Shown in pieces: positions 42,765 through 52,301 of a stretch of 64,000 nucleotides of DNA. The notes beneath the pieces were generated by a model. That model ran no database searches and was not told the DNA's origin. It saw only the letters and a program-made list of their open reading frames with translations. How positions within the stretch are numbered: position 1 is the stretch's first letter; the number at the start of each line of letters is the position of its first letter. The stretch is from an uncultured Trueperaceae bacterium (lineage in GTDB: Bacteria; Deinococcota; Deinococci; Deinococcales; Trueperaceae). Both the position numbers and the translations under genes were made by a program. The DNA lies in the NCBI GenBank assembly GCA_963727505.1, contig CAVSGP010000004.1, positions 800,001 to 864,000 of the forward strand. The letters run 5' to 3'.

Positions 42765-43436
42765 CTACGGGCTCGCCTCGGCCGCGAACGCGGCGGCGAT
42801 GCCGTCGAGAATGAGCCCCAGCCCGAAGTCGAACTCGTTGCCGTACGCGTATCCCGGTTGCAGAACGAGATTCGTTGCCATGTCTGCCAGGTGCGGGAAC
42901 GTCTCGGCCATCGCATCCTGCTGCGCCATGATGTCCTCTGCGACGGCGCCGATGTCGCCGGAGGGGTCGAGGGGCAGTGAGGCCTCTTGCTGCGCGAACC
43001 CCAGCACGTAACTGTCGAGGATCGAGATGGCGTGGCCCGTCAGGGGCATCGAGAAGCCGGCGGAGGTGAGACAGCCGATCACCGAATCGAGATGGCCGAG
43101 CGTCGCGGGGCCGGGCGAGGTTCGGGCCTCGATGCCGATGGCCCAGGGATGCCGCGCGAGCACACGCCGCGTCGACTCCGCCCTCTCGCGCATCGCGGAG
43201 CGCCAATCGTCGCCTGCTTTCGGCGTCGCGAACTCGGAGTGGACGACGTCGAGCATCCCGTCGAGGATGTCGTCCTTGCTCTTCACGTGGTAGTAGAGCG
43301 ACATGGCTTGGATGCCGAGCTCGGCGGCCAACGTGCGCATGCTCAGCGACTCGATGCCGCGCTCGTCGGCGAGCGCCACCGCGACCCGTATCGCTCGCTC
43401 ACGCGTGACCGGCTCCCTGGTCTTCGTCTTCGCCAT
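42765..43436 (-). CDS. TetR family regulator with TetR_C domain
   Basis: LSMRTLAAELGIQAMSLYYHV.SK, YVLGFAQQE, FDFGLGLILDG. Confidence 0.93.
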   Translation of the reverse strand: MAKTKTREPVTRERAIRVAVALADERGIESLSMRTLAAELGIQAMSLYYHVKSKDDILDGMLDVVHSEFATPKAGDDWRSAMRERAESTRRVLARHPWAIGIEARTSPGPATLGHLDSVIGCLTSAGFSMPLTGHAISILDSYVLGFAQQEASLPLDPSGDIGAVAEDIMAQQDAMAETFPHLADMATNLVLQPGYAYGNEFDFGLGLILDGIAAAFAAEASP

Positions 43437-43443
43437 AGACAAC

Positions 43444-43493
43444 ACCTTACACCGTATGGTAGGCTCGTGCCATCCGACCTTACATCGTACGGT
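43444..43493. promoter_or_regulatory. Twin TetR operator-like palindromes
   Basis: ACCTTACACCGTATGGT (43444-43460) and ACCTTACATCGTACGGT (43477-43493) between divergent genes. Confidence 0.75.
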
Positions 43494-43522
43494 CGGAATG
43501 AAGAACGAGATTGGACTCCCCC

Positions 43523-44128
43523 ATGAAGAACTCCCGCACAATCGCCCGTTCTGTCGGAACGCTCATGCTCGCTGCCTTCCTCCTCTACGGCATCGGCACG
43601 GCCTTGGCGACCAACGCAGGCCCACACAGCGGCCCCCTGCTGATCGGGGTCGTCATGATGCTCCTCAACTCGGTCGCGGTGGTCGCGATCGGCGCGTTGG
43701 TGGTCCCGATCCTGCGGCCGCATTCTGCGAAGGTGGCCACCGGGTACGCGGCCACTCGCCTGTTCGAGGGCCTGCTGCTCGCCGGCGGCGCGATCGCGCT
43801 CGTCACGGGTGCGGTCGCCACCAACGTGCTCGCGTACAACGTCGCGATGGCGGGCCTGGGAATCGGAAGTCTGTTCTTCTGCGCCGTGCTCTACCGGGCA
43901 CGCCTCGTTCCGCGTTTCCTGGCAGGCTGGGGGTTCGTCGGCTACGCAGCGTTCGCCGCCGGCTGCGTGCTCGAGCTCCTCGGGGTCGCGGGAGCGGGCC
44001 TTCCGGCCACCATCCCGGGCGGCCTGTTCGAGGTCGCCTTCGCCACCTGGCTCCTGGTTCGCGGCTTCGGCGCACCCGCCGCCATCCCAGTCACCGTCCA
44101 GGCACGCTCGCGACCCCTCGCAGGGTGA
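43523..44128 (+). CDS. DUF4386 domain membrane protein
   Basis: ATGYAATRLFE, RLVPRFLAGWG, PGGLFEV...WLLVRGF. Confidence 0.85.
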   Translation: MKNSRTIARSVGTLMLAAFLLYGIGTALATNAGPHSGPLLIGVVMMLLNSVAVVAIGALVVPILRPHSAKVATGYAATRLFEGLLLAGGAIALVTGAVATNVLAYNVAMAGLGIGSLFFCAVLYRARLVPRFLAGWGFVGYAAFAAGCVLELLGVAGAGLPATIPGGLFEVAFATWLLVRGFGAPAAIPVTVQARSRPLAG

Positions 44129-44580
44129 GCGACCGGGTTCCGATCCAGACCGGTACGACGAACGTCGGCGAGCTCGGGGACGGCCTGCCGGCCGAGCTGT
44201 CGCGGACAACGCAGGGACACGAGGCCGGCCGGGTGGGATCGGCCCTGTCCGCGCTCCGACCAGCGCCCTGGGACCGGATCGCGTGCCCGAGCGAGCCCTC
44301 CAGTCCCTCCGCGTCCGGCTCTCGGACGCAACCGCGCCCGATCCTTGCCCGGCCCGCTCAAACGCCAGGGCCGCAAAGCACGTGCCCCTGTCCGCGGCTC
44401 CGCTCCGGAGTCGGGCACGGGACGCCTCTCGCGTATTCGTATTCTCCACATCGGACGCCTTGCGAGCGCGTCCGTCGTGGCGAAGCGAGATAGCCGCCCT
44501 GCAGTCGTCTTCCGCTTAGAATCTACTGGCGGGTTGGCTCCCGTCGCGGCTTGCGATTCCACGGTAAGGCAGGTAGTGCA

Positions 44581-45243
44581 GTGTCCACTTCCGTAGCGGC
44601 CGAGCGCCGCAGTTCTGCGCTCGCGTCCACTCCAGCGATCATCGAGGAGATCGGTCAGGGACGAATTGTCATCATGGTCGATGACGAGTCCAGAGAGAAC
44701 GAGGGTGACTTCGTTCTTGCCGCCGAGCACACCACGACCGAGAAGCTGGCCCTCATCATCCGCTACTCGGGCGGCATCGTCTGCCTCCCGATGAGTAATG
44801 CGAGAGCCGACCGGCTCGATCTTCCGCCGATGGTCGAGCACAACACCTCGAGCCGCGGGACACCGTTCACGGTCTCCATCGAGGCCGCCGATATCGAGGG
44901 CACTGGAATCTCGGCTAGCGACAGGGCCCATACGGTTCGAAGATCCGTGGAGCACACCGCCAACCGCCACACCATGGTGCGGCCCGGACACGTGTTTCCC
45001 CTGCGGGCCCACGATGACGGCGTGCTCGGCCGGGATGGCCATACCGAAGCCGCAGTCGACCTTTGCCGGCTTGCCGACCTCGAACCCGCTGCGGCGATTT
45101 CGGAAGTCATGCACGATGACGGAACCATGATGCGCCTGCCGGCACTCCTCGAGTTCGCTGAGAAGCACGGCCTCAAGGTAGGCACCATTGCGGATCTGAT
45201 CGCCTACCGTCAACAGCACGACTTGCCAAAGCAATCTTCGTGA
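44581..45243 (+). CDS. ribB: 3,4-dihydroxy-2-butanone-4-phosphate synthase
   Basis: DDESRENEGD, GIVC, FTVSIE, TGISA.DR, RPGHVFPL, GHTEA. Confidence 0.92.
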   Translation: MSTSVAAERRSSALASTPAIIEEIGQGRIVIMVDDESRENEGDFVLAAEHTTTEKLALIIRYSGGIVCLPMSNARADRLDLPPMVEHNTSSRGTPFTVSIEAADIEGTGISASDRAHTVRRSVEHTANRHTMVRPGHVFPLRAHDDGVLGRDGHTEAAVDLCRLADLEPAAAISEVMHDDGTMMRLPALLEFAEKHGLKVGTIADLIAYRQQHDLPKQSS

Positions 45244-45306
45244 TTCGGCGGAACGGTTGGCGATACGCCGCCGACAGACGATTCGACCAGGCGCCGAGCC
45301 CAAGAA

Positions 45307-45332
45307 GCAGGGGCCCGGAAACGGGCCCCTGC
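45307..45332. terminator. Hairpin between convergent ribB and SBP genes
   Basis: GCAGGGGCCCG-GAAA-CGGGCCCCTGC. Confidence 0.7.
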
Positions 45333-45356
45333 GATTCGTTCCTTTAGGAGGAGCGC

Positions 45357-46340
45357 CTACTTCATCCCGAAGCCGCCGGTCCGGACCTGGTCAGCGTTCT
45401 GCTTGGTGACGAGCACGCACTCGACCTGCTGCTTCTCGGGTTTGCCCGTACTCCCGGAATGGATGTACGTGTTGGCCTCTTCGACCGCCATCTGGGCCAT
45501 CTTGGTGGCCTGCTGGAGGCCGGTGGCCTTGATGATCCCGCCGTCAGCGATCTGCTTCACGACGTCCGGATTCCCGTCGATGCCCACCACGACAACGTTG
45601 TTCATGTTGGCGTTCTTCAGGGCCGCGGCGGCGCCGAGCGCCATGGTGTCATTCCCCGATACGACACCCACGATGTCAGGGTGAGCCTGGATGATCGACT
45701 GCATGGTGTTGTAGGCCTGCGTCTGATCCCAGTTCGCGGACTGCTGGGCCACCATCTTGAGATCGGGGATCTGGTCCAAGACGCTGTGGAACCCCTTGGA
45801 GCGCGTCTGCGCGTTGGTGTCCGTCGAGCGCCCGACGAGCTCCACGTAGTTGCCCTTGTAGTTCACCAGCTTGGCGAACTCCGTGCCGGCGGCCGTCGCG
45901 CACTGGTAGTTGTTCGACACGATCTGCGCCTGCGCGATCCCGTTGGCGTTGATCTCGCGGTCGATCAGGAACACCGGGATGTTCGCCGCTTCCGCCTTCT
46001 TGACGGCCGCGATCGATGCGTCCGCGCCGGCATTGTCCATGACGATCGCGGCAGCGTTGCTCGAGATCGCGGTCTCGACTTCCTGGAGCTGGACGCTCGG
46101 GTCGTCATTGTGGACCAGCGAGTTCGTCTGATAGCCGAGTTCTTTCGCCTTGGCGACCGCGGCGTCGGCTTCGGCCTTGAAGAACTGGTTGCTGTGCGAC
46201 GGCGTGATGACGACGATGAGCTTGCTCGAGTTGTCCGAGCTGCCCTGCGCGAACGCCGCGCCGGCCGCGAGTACCAACAACCCGAATGCCACGAGGGCCG
46301 TGCGTGCGATGCGGGACATAGACTTGGCTCGTTGAATCAT
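45357..46340 (-). CDS. Sugar ABC substrate-binding protein (D-apiose-binding type)
   Basis: Signal peptide; ITPSH.N.FFKAEA, DNAGADAS, IDREIN, QIVSNNYQ, DTNA, SGNDTMA. Confidence 0.85.
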   Translation of the reverse strand: MIQRAKSMSRIARTALVAFGLLVLAAGAAFAQGSSDNSSKLIVVITPSHSNQFFKAEADAAVAKAKELGYQTNSLVHNDDPSVQLQEVETAISSNAAAIVMDNAGADASIAAVKKAEAANIPVFLIDREINANGIAQAQIVSNNYQCATAAGTEFAKLVNYKGNYVELVGRSTDTNAQTRSKGFHSVLDQIPDLKMVAQQSANWDQTQAYNTMQSIIQAHPDIVGVVSGNDTMALGAAAALKNANMNNVVVVGIDGNPDVVKQIADGGIIKATGLQQATKMAQMAVEEANTYIHSGSTGKPEKQQVECVLVTKQNADQVRTGGFGMK

Positions 46341-46425
46341 GCTCTTTCCTTCCTGGCCTCGAACGACCAACAAGAATGCTCCTCCGGAATGCACGAGAAC
46401 GCGCAACGCGATGCCTGCCTTCCGA

Positions 46426-47490
46426 TCACCCCCTCTCAGCCGCAGCGCGTTCAGCGCGCCGTTGAAGTTGATCGATGACAACCGCCAGGATGATGACGGC
46501 GCCCGTGATCACGGTCTGCCAGAAGTCGGACACGCCCAGCAGGACCATCCCGTTCCACAGGACGCCGAGGACGAACGCACCGATGATGCTGCCGCCGATC
46601 GTGCCGACACCGCCGAACAACGAGGTGCCCCCGAGCACGACAACGGCGATGGCGTTCAGCTCGTAGGTCGTTCCCGTGGCCGGGTTCGCGGCGCCGAGCC
46701 GGGACGCGATGATCAGACCGGCAAGGGCAGCGCATACACCCGAGATCGCGTACGTCAGGATCTTGACGCGGTCCACGCGGACCCCCGAGAGTTGTGCCGC
46801 CGGCTCGTTGCCGCCGACGGCGTACACTTGTCGACCGAACACCGTGCGGCCCGCAAGCAGTGCAGCAACGACGGCGACCAGGACCATGATCCAGACCGAC
46901 ACCGGGAGATCGAGGATGCGCCCTGCACCAAGCGCAAGGAAGCCCGTGTTCCCCAACGACACCCGCCCGGTCAGATCGCCGTAGGTGGCTCCGTTGGAGA
47001 TCAGCTCTGCCGCCCCACGCGCCACGTACAACATGCCGAGCGTCTGGATGAACGGCGTCACGCGCAAGCGCGTGATGAAGAATCCGTTCAGCACACCGAC
47101 GAGAGCACCGACGAGGAGCGTGATCAATCCCACGATCCACACGTTGAAGAACAAGGCGACGTGCAGGCCGGGGACGCGCAGCCCGTGAGAGATCAAGGCG
47201 CCGGCGAGCATCGCCGCCAGGCCGGTCAGGGACCCGACCGAGAGGTCGATGCCGGCGGCCAGAATCACGAAGGTCTCACCGACACCGAGGATGGCGAAGA
47301 CGGCAACCTGCTCGGCAACGATGACCAGGTTCCGGGTCGTGAGGAAACTCGGCGCGGTGATCGAGAAGAGAATGACCAGGAGCACGAGCGCGAGATAGGC
47401 CCTGAGGCGGAGAAGCATCAGCCGCAGAGACGGTCTACCTCGCGTTCCGCTCGAGGAACCGGTCTTCGAGAGCACCTGCTTCGCCATCAC
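46426..47490 (-). CDS. Sugar ABC permease (RbsC-like)
   Basis: GIDLSVGS, PFIQTLG, GGNE.AA.LSG, YELNAIA.VVLGGTSL.GG. Confidence 0.93.
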   Translation of the reverse strand: MMAKQVLSKTGSSSGTRGRPSLRLMLLRLRAYLALVLLVILFSITAPSFLTTRNLVIVAEQVAVFAILGVGETFVILAAGIDLSVGSLTGLAAMLAGALISHGLRVPGLHVALFFNVWIVGLITLLVGALVGVLNGFFITRLRVTPFIQTLGMLYVARGAAELISNGATYGDLTGRVSLGNTGFLALGAGRILDLPVSVWIMVLVAVVAALLAGRTVFGRQVYAVGGNEPAAQLSGVRVDRVKILTYAISGVCAALAGLIIASRLGAANPATGTTYELNAIAVVVLGGTSLFGGVGTIGGSIIGAFVLGVLWNGMVLLGVSDFWQTVITGAVIILAVVIDQLQRRAERAAAERG

Positions 47491-49049
47491 GCAACCTCCC
47501 GCTGCCCAGTTCGGTGGACCTGCGACGCCTCAACGAGCTTCGCCTCCGTCAGCTCGTTGCGCGCCAGGTCGGCAGTGATCCGCCCCTGCGAGAACACCAG
47601 AACTCGATCGGCAGCACCCATGATCTCCTTGAGCTCCGAGGACGCGAACAGCACGGCGTATCCATCCGCGGCCAGACCGTCCACGATCTCGAAGATCTCC
47701 CTCTTGGCTTTGACATCGATTCCTCGGGTCGGTTCGTCCAGCAACAGCACCCGCGGCTCGGTGAGAAGATTCTTCGCGAACACCACCTTCTGCTGGTTCC
47801 CGCCGCTCAGGGCCGAAACCAGCGTGTCGGCCGTGGGTACCTTGATGGAGAGGTCTCGGATGAGCCGGCGGATGTCCCGACGCATCCCCGGTCCTGCAAG
47901 CCACCCCAGGCTTGCGTACTTGCGGAGATTGGCGAGCACGATGTTGTCGCCGACGGAGCGGTCCTGGACGAGGCCCTGCAGCTGTCGGTTCTCCGGAACG
48001 AGCGCGAGCCCGCGATTCAGCCGGTCGCTGACCGTATCGGCCGGAGACAGAGGTTTGCCGTCGAGCACGAGCGAACCGCTGCTCGGCGCACGCAGGCCCA
48101 CGAGCGTCTCGAACAACTCCGTACGGCCCGCGCCCATCAACCCGTACAAGCCGATGACCTCACCGGCTCGCGCGGTCAACGACACCCCCTCCAGCAGGTA
48201 CCCGCCGTAGGGACGAGGCACCGTGAGGTCCTGGACCGCCAGCACGGCGTCGCCGGGCGCGTGCGGGCTCTTCGGGAATTCCTCGTCCACGAGTTGCCCG
48301 ACCATCCGCTCCACGATCCAGGAGAGGCTCACATCCCGGTCGTCCTTGCGGGCAACCAGCCGTCCGTCGCGCAACACGGTGAAGGTGTCGCCGATCTCCA
48401 AGACCTCCTCCAGGCGGTGGGAGATGTACACGATCGACACACGTTGACGCTTCAGCTCGGCCAGCACACCAAAGAGCGTCTCCACCTCCGTCTCGCTGAG
48501 CGACGACGTTGGCTCGTCCAGAATCAGCACCCTCACGTCTTGCGACAACACCTTCGCAATCTCGACCAGCTGCTGCGTACCGATACTCAAGTCCTGGACC
48601 AGGGTGCGGACGTCGAAATCTTGTCGAAGCCGCTTCAAGGCGTCGCGGGCAACGCGATCCTGATCGCCGAAGCGCACCCCACCGAACAGCGTGGCCAGCT
48701 CGTGGCCAACGAAGATGTTCTCCGCGACGCTCAGGTTGGGGAACAGGTTCAGCTCCTGGTGAACGATGCCGATGCCTTTGGCCATGGCGTCGCGAGGACC
48801 GTGGAGCGAGAGAGGGGCGCCATCGAGCTCGAGATGCCCTGAGGTCGGAGCCTCGATGCCGGCCAGGATCTTCATGAGCGTCGACTTACCCGCGCCGTTC
48901 TCGCCGACCAGCACGTTCACTTTTCCCTCGTGGACCTCGAAGTCCACCCCGTCCAGGGCCACAGTTCCAGGGAAGACCTTGCGGATCCCTGCTGCCCTCA
49001 GCACCGTCTTCGTCCCATTCGGCGGGGCCGCGGTCGTCGCATCGGTCAT
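47487..49049 (-). CDS. Sugar ABC ATP-binding protein (RbsA-like, tandem NBD)
   Basis: GENGAGKST, LDEPT twice, LSGGNQQK. Confidence 0.94.
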   Translation of the reverse strand: MTDATTAAPPNGTKTVLRAAGIRKVFPGTVALDGVDFEVHEGKVNVLVGENGAGKSTLMKILAGIEAPTSGHLELDGAPLSLHGPRDAMAKGIGIVHQELNLFPNLSVAENIFVGHELATLFGGVRFGDQDRVARDALKRLRQDFDVRTLVQDLSIGTQQLVEIAKVLSQDVRVLILDEPTSSLSETEVETLFGVLAELKRQRVSIVYISHRLEEVLEIGDTFTVLRDGRLVARKDDRDVSLSWIVERMVGQLVDEEFPKSPHAPGDAVLAVQDLTVPRPYGGYLLEGVSLTARAGEVIGLYGLMGAGRTELFETLVGLRAPSSGSLVLDGKPLSPADTVSDRLNRGLALVPENRQLQGLVQDRSVGDNIVLANLRKYASLGWLAGPGMRRDIRRLIRDLSIKVPTADTLVSALSGGNQQKVVFAKNLLTEPRVLLLDEPTRGIDVKAKREIFEIVDGLAADGYAVLFASSELKEIMGAADRVLVFSQGRITADLARNELTEAKLVEASQVHRTGQREVA

Positions 49050-49056
49050 CGCCGCC

Positions 49057-49791
49057 TCACCCCTCCTCCTTCAACCGGACGGGCGTGATCGTGATCGTAT
49101 CCAGTGATTGGAGCGCGAACGCCCCCCAGAACTCCACCTTCTTGCCCACGAGGCTCTGCGGCGAGGCATCCTTGAACGCCACGGAGAGCGCCATCTTGTT
49201 CAGGGCCTGTGAGACATTCGCGTACTGCACCTGGTTGGTGAAGTCATTCAGAGAGATGAACGGCATGGAGTCCCTGAGCGCTGTTCCAAGAACGAGCGGC
49301 CCCACGGCGATCTCGACCTCGGACGAGACGCCGCTCACATCGAGCCGCATCACCCCGACGGGCGTCGAGGTATCCACGCTCTTCACGACGCCCACGACGC
49401 GGACGTCGAAGGCGTAGGGAACCGATGTCCCTGCGGAGACTCCATAATTGCTCGATGCAGCGCTCTCGTCCTGCTTCAAAGCATCTACGAGCTTGGGAAG
49501 GTCCACCGCCTGTGACTCCACGGTCGGCACGACCTTCGAAGTCCATATCGAAGCCACATAGTCGCCGGCGTTGAAGTCGGTGAGACTGAATTTCTGATTC
49601 GTCGAGGAGCTGTTCACCGCTTGCTTCTGCTCGTAGATGACCTTCCCCGTCGAAGGGTCAACCTTGCGCACCGATACGAGCTTGCAGGACGTCAGCATCG
49701 ACGATGCGAGCACAAGGGCTCCGAGCAACCTGGCATAGCGGCGCCGCCTCAACGCGTACCTGTGGTCTCGACTTACCGTCGACCGACCCAT
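49057..49791 (-). CDS. DUF2291 family lipoprotein
   Basis: LTSC lipobox, YVASIW, GP...GTALRD, F..FTNQ, GAF. Confidence 0.8.
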   Translation of the reverse strand: MGRSTVSRDHRYALRRRRYARLLGALVLASSMLTSCKLVSVRKVDPSTGKVIYEQKQAVNSSSTNQKFSLTDFNAGDYVASIWTSKVVPTVESQAVDLPKLVDALKQDESAASSNYGVSAGTSVPYAFDVRVVGVVKSVDTSTPVGVMRLDVSGVSSEVEIAVGPLVLGTALRDSMPFISLNDFTNQVQYANVSQALNKMALSVAFKDASPQSLVGKKVEFWGAFALQSLDTITITPVRLKEEG

Positions 49792-49792
49792 G

Positions 49793-50800
49793 TCATCGCT
49801 CCGATCCGATCCGTGAGAGTCCGTTCCTCGTGTGGATGGGCATCCCCTCCCCCACGCCGGCCAGCGCAGCCGCCGTCGCGGCGTCGGTGATCAAGACATT
49901 GACCCAGCGCCCTCGCACGGCACCGGTGATCGCCTCGAGCTTCCGTGAACCGCCGGCGATGCCCACGGAACGGCGAACCTGGCGCAGCTGTTCGAGTTCC
50001 ATGCTGATGACCCTGTCCTGAACGTCCGACGTCACCGGCACGCCATCGGCATCGAAGAAGCGGAGGCAGATGTCACCGACGGCTCCCTTCTCCTGCAACT
50101 GATCCAGTTCCTCAGCGGTGAAGACGTTGCCGCTGCTCGCAAGGAGCTTGGACGGTGTGATGGCCCCGATCCCGACCAACGCCAGCGTGACCTCGGAGAA
50201 CATCCGGACGGCTTCGGCTACGTAGGGGTCGGCAAGCATCACTTCCCTCGTTGCGGGCGACCCGACGATCCCGGGGGCGGGCAGCATGGTGACGTCGGCG
50301 TGCAAGGGCTCCGCCAGTTCCCGGGTCAACTGCGATGCATGTGTCTCGCCGACCGGATTGCCCACCCCGCCGAGGATCTGGAGCACGCTACCGCCTGACG
50401 GACGGCTGATCGGGTGGAGCGCCCTGGTCATCGCGAGGAGCGTCTCACTCCACGACGAAATGCCGATGACCTCGTCGCGGTCGAGGGTCGACTCCACGTA
50501 GAAGGCGGCAGCGGAGCCTAGGTTGCGTAGCATCTCACGCTCGTTGTGACCGGGATCCACCACGATGACCTCGCGCAATCCGTGACGTTCACGGACTGCA
50601 TCCTCGAGGTCGGGGAAGGTACCTGCAGGCGTCGACACCGTGATGCGCACGATGCCTTCCTCTTCTGCTCGGCGCAGCGCCCGAGACACGGACGCCTGCG
50701 ACAGACCGAGCCGTTTCGCCACCTCGGTCTGCTTGAGCTTGTGCTCGTAGTACAAGCTCGCGACGCGCGCCCACAGCCGAAGTTCCTCCGGTCGTGCCAT
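49793..50800 (-). CDS. SorC/DeoR-type sugar-binding transcriptional regulator
   Basis: VASLYY...KQTEVA.RLGLSQASVSR HTH, GAVGDIC.RFFD, LITD. Confidence 0.92.
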   Translation of the reverse strand: MARPEELRLWARVASLYYEHKLKQTEVAKRLGLSQASVSRALRRAEEEGIVRITVSTPAGTFPDLEDAVRERHGLREVIVVDPGHNEREMLRNLGSAAAFYVESTLDRDEVIGISSWSETLLAMTRALHPISRPSGGSVLQILGGVGNPVGETHASQLTRELAEPLHADVTMLPAPGIVGSPATREVMLADPYVAEAVRMFSEVTLALVGIGAITPSKLLASSGNVFTAEELDQLQEKGAVGDICLRFFDADGVPVTSDVQDRVISMELEQLRQVRRSVGIAGGSRKLEAITGAVRGRWVNVLITDAATAAALAGVGEGMPIHTRNGLSRIGSER

Positions 50801-50801
50801 A

Positions 50802-52301
50802 TCAATCCGCGGGGCCGCGGGCCCTCCTTCCGTGGTAGATCGCAGCTTCCACACCGGCTTGCCAGCGCCGCCGGGCATCGCTCCTGCGTTGTGCGTTCCA
50901 GCGAGGTTGGAAGTCGTCGGTGGAGCTGGGAAGGGAACGGAGCGCATCCATGGACGGCCAGACACCTACCGCCAGGCCCGCCATGAAGGCTGCGCCAAGC
51001 GCAGACAGGTGTTGCGAGTTGCTCCGTGTCACCGGTACCCCGAGTACATCCGCTTGGAACTGCATCAGCATGTCGGACCGACTGGCGCCACCATCCGCCA
51101 GGAGCCGGGTCCCTCCACCCGCCGCCGTGAATCCGTCGAAGACGTCGGCGATCTGGAACGCGACGGCCTCGAAGGCTGATCGGGCCAATTGTTCACGGCC
51201 CGTTCCCTGCGTGATACCAGTGAAGAGCCCGCGCGCCGAAGTCTCCCAATGGGGAGCTCCCAGCCCGTTGAAGGCAGGCACGAAGGCCACCTCTTCACCC
51301 TGAAGTTCGTCGCCCGCCAACGCCGCGAGATCCTCGGTGTTCCCGAGTCCGAGAACCTTCACCATCCACTCGATGGCCGCGCCACTCGACGTGATGTTGC
51401 CCTCGAGCGCATAGGCGGCATCGGAGAACGTCCAAGCCACGGTCGTCGCCAGGGCCGGCGCTTCCCTTGGCGCGCCGGATACGGCGCCCATCAACGAGGA
51501 ACCGGTGCCGTACGTCGCCTTCACGGCGCGTGGGTCCGCCGTCAGGTGCGCGAACAGGGCCGCGTGCGAATCGGCGACCAGTGAGGCGATGGGAATGCCG
51601 GCGGGGAGGCCGCCCTCGCCGGTCGTCACCGCGAACGGACCGGAGGTCGGAAGGACCTCGGGTAACGCGGCCAACGGCACGTCGAACAGGTCGAGCAAGT
51701 CGGCGTCCCACGACAGCGATGTCAGATCGAACAGTTGCGTACGAGACGCGTTGCCCGGATCTGTGGCGAAGGCCGTCCCGCCCGATAGGCGCCACAAGAG
51801 CCAGGAGTCGACCGTCCCCAGGCAGAGCTCGCCATCACGCGCTCGACCGCGCCCGTCGGGAAGTTGGTCGAGCAGCCACGCCATCTTCGTAGCCGAAAAC
51901 GTGGGGTCGATGGGGAGGCCCGTCTTGCGACGAACCGTCTGCGCACTCGGGCCTTCTCGAAGCCGTTCGCACCGATCCGCGGTGCGCCGACACTGCCAAC
52001 TGATCACGGGTCCGACCGGCCGCCCGGTCGAGCGTTCCCAGGCAACCACCGATTCCCGCTGGTTGGTGATGCCGAGCGCTCGGATCTCTGGCCCCGGTAC
52101 CTTGTCCAGAGCCTGCTCGACTGCCGAGCACACGCTCCGCCAGAGTTCTTCCGCATCGTGCTCGACCCATCCGGATCTCGGATAGCGTGAAGACACGCCC
52201 GCAGAGCTCACCCCCTCCAACTCCCCACCGACGCTCACCAACAACGCCTTCGTGTTGGTCGAGCCTTGATCGATGGCGAGCACGTAGGGCTTGTCAGGCA
52301 T
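50802..52301 (-). CDS. FGGY carbohydrate kinase (glycerol kinase-like; putative apulose kinase)
   Basis: AIDQGSTNTK, GITNQRE, GTVDSWL, NASRT, ATYGTG, GLGAPHW, DGG. Confidence 0.88.
   Translation of the reverse strand: MPDKPYVLAIDQGSTNTKALLVSVGGELEGVSSAGVSSRYPRSGWVEHDAEELWRSVCSAVEQALDKVPGPEIRALGITNQRESVVAWERSTGRPVGPVISWQCRRTADRCERLREGPSAQTVRRKTGLPIDPTFSATKMAWLLDQLPDGRGRARDGELCLGTVDSWLLWRLSGGTAFATDPGNASRTQLFDLTSLSWDADLLDLFDVPLAALPEVLPTSGPFAVTTGEGGLPAGIPIASLVADSHAALFAHLTADPRAVKATYGTGSSLMGAVSGAPREAPALATTVAWTFSDAAYALEGNITSSGAAIEWMVKVLGLGNTEDLAALAGDELQGEEVAFVPAFNGLGAPHWETSARGLFTGITQGTGREQLARSAFEAVAFQIADVFDGFTAAGGGTRLLADGGASRSDMLMQFQADVLGVPVTRSNSQHLSALGAAFMAGLAVGVWPSMDALRSLPSSTDDFQPRWNAQRRSDARRRWQAGVEAAIYHGRRARGPAD

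Noticed and set aside
44130..44580. FMN riboswitch upstream of ribB
   Set aside because: Conserved RFN segments were not found by eye.
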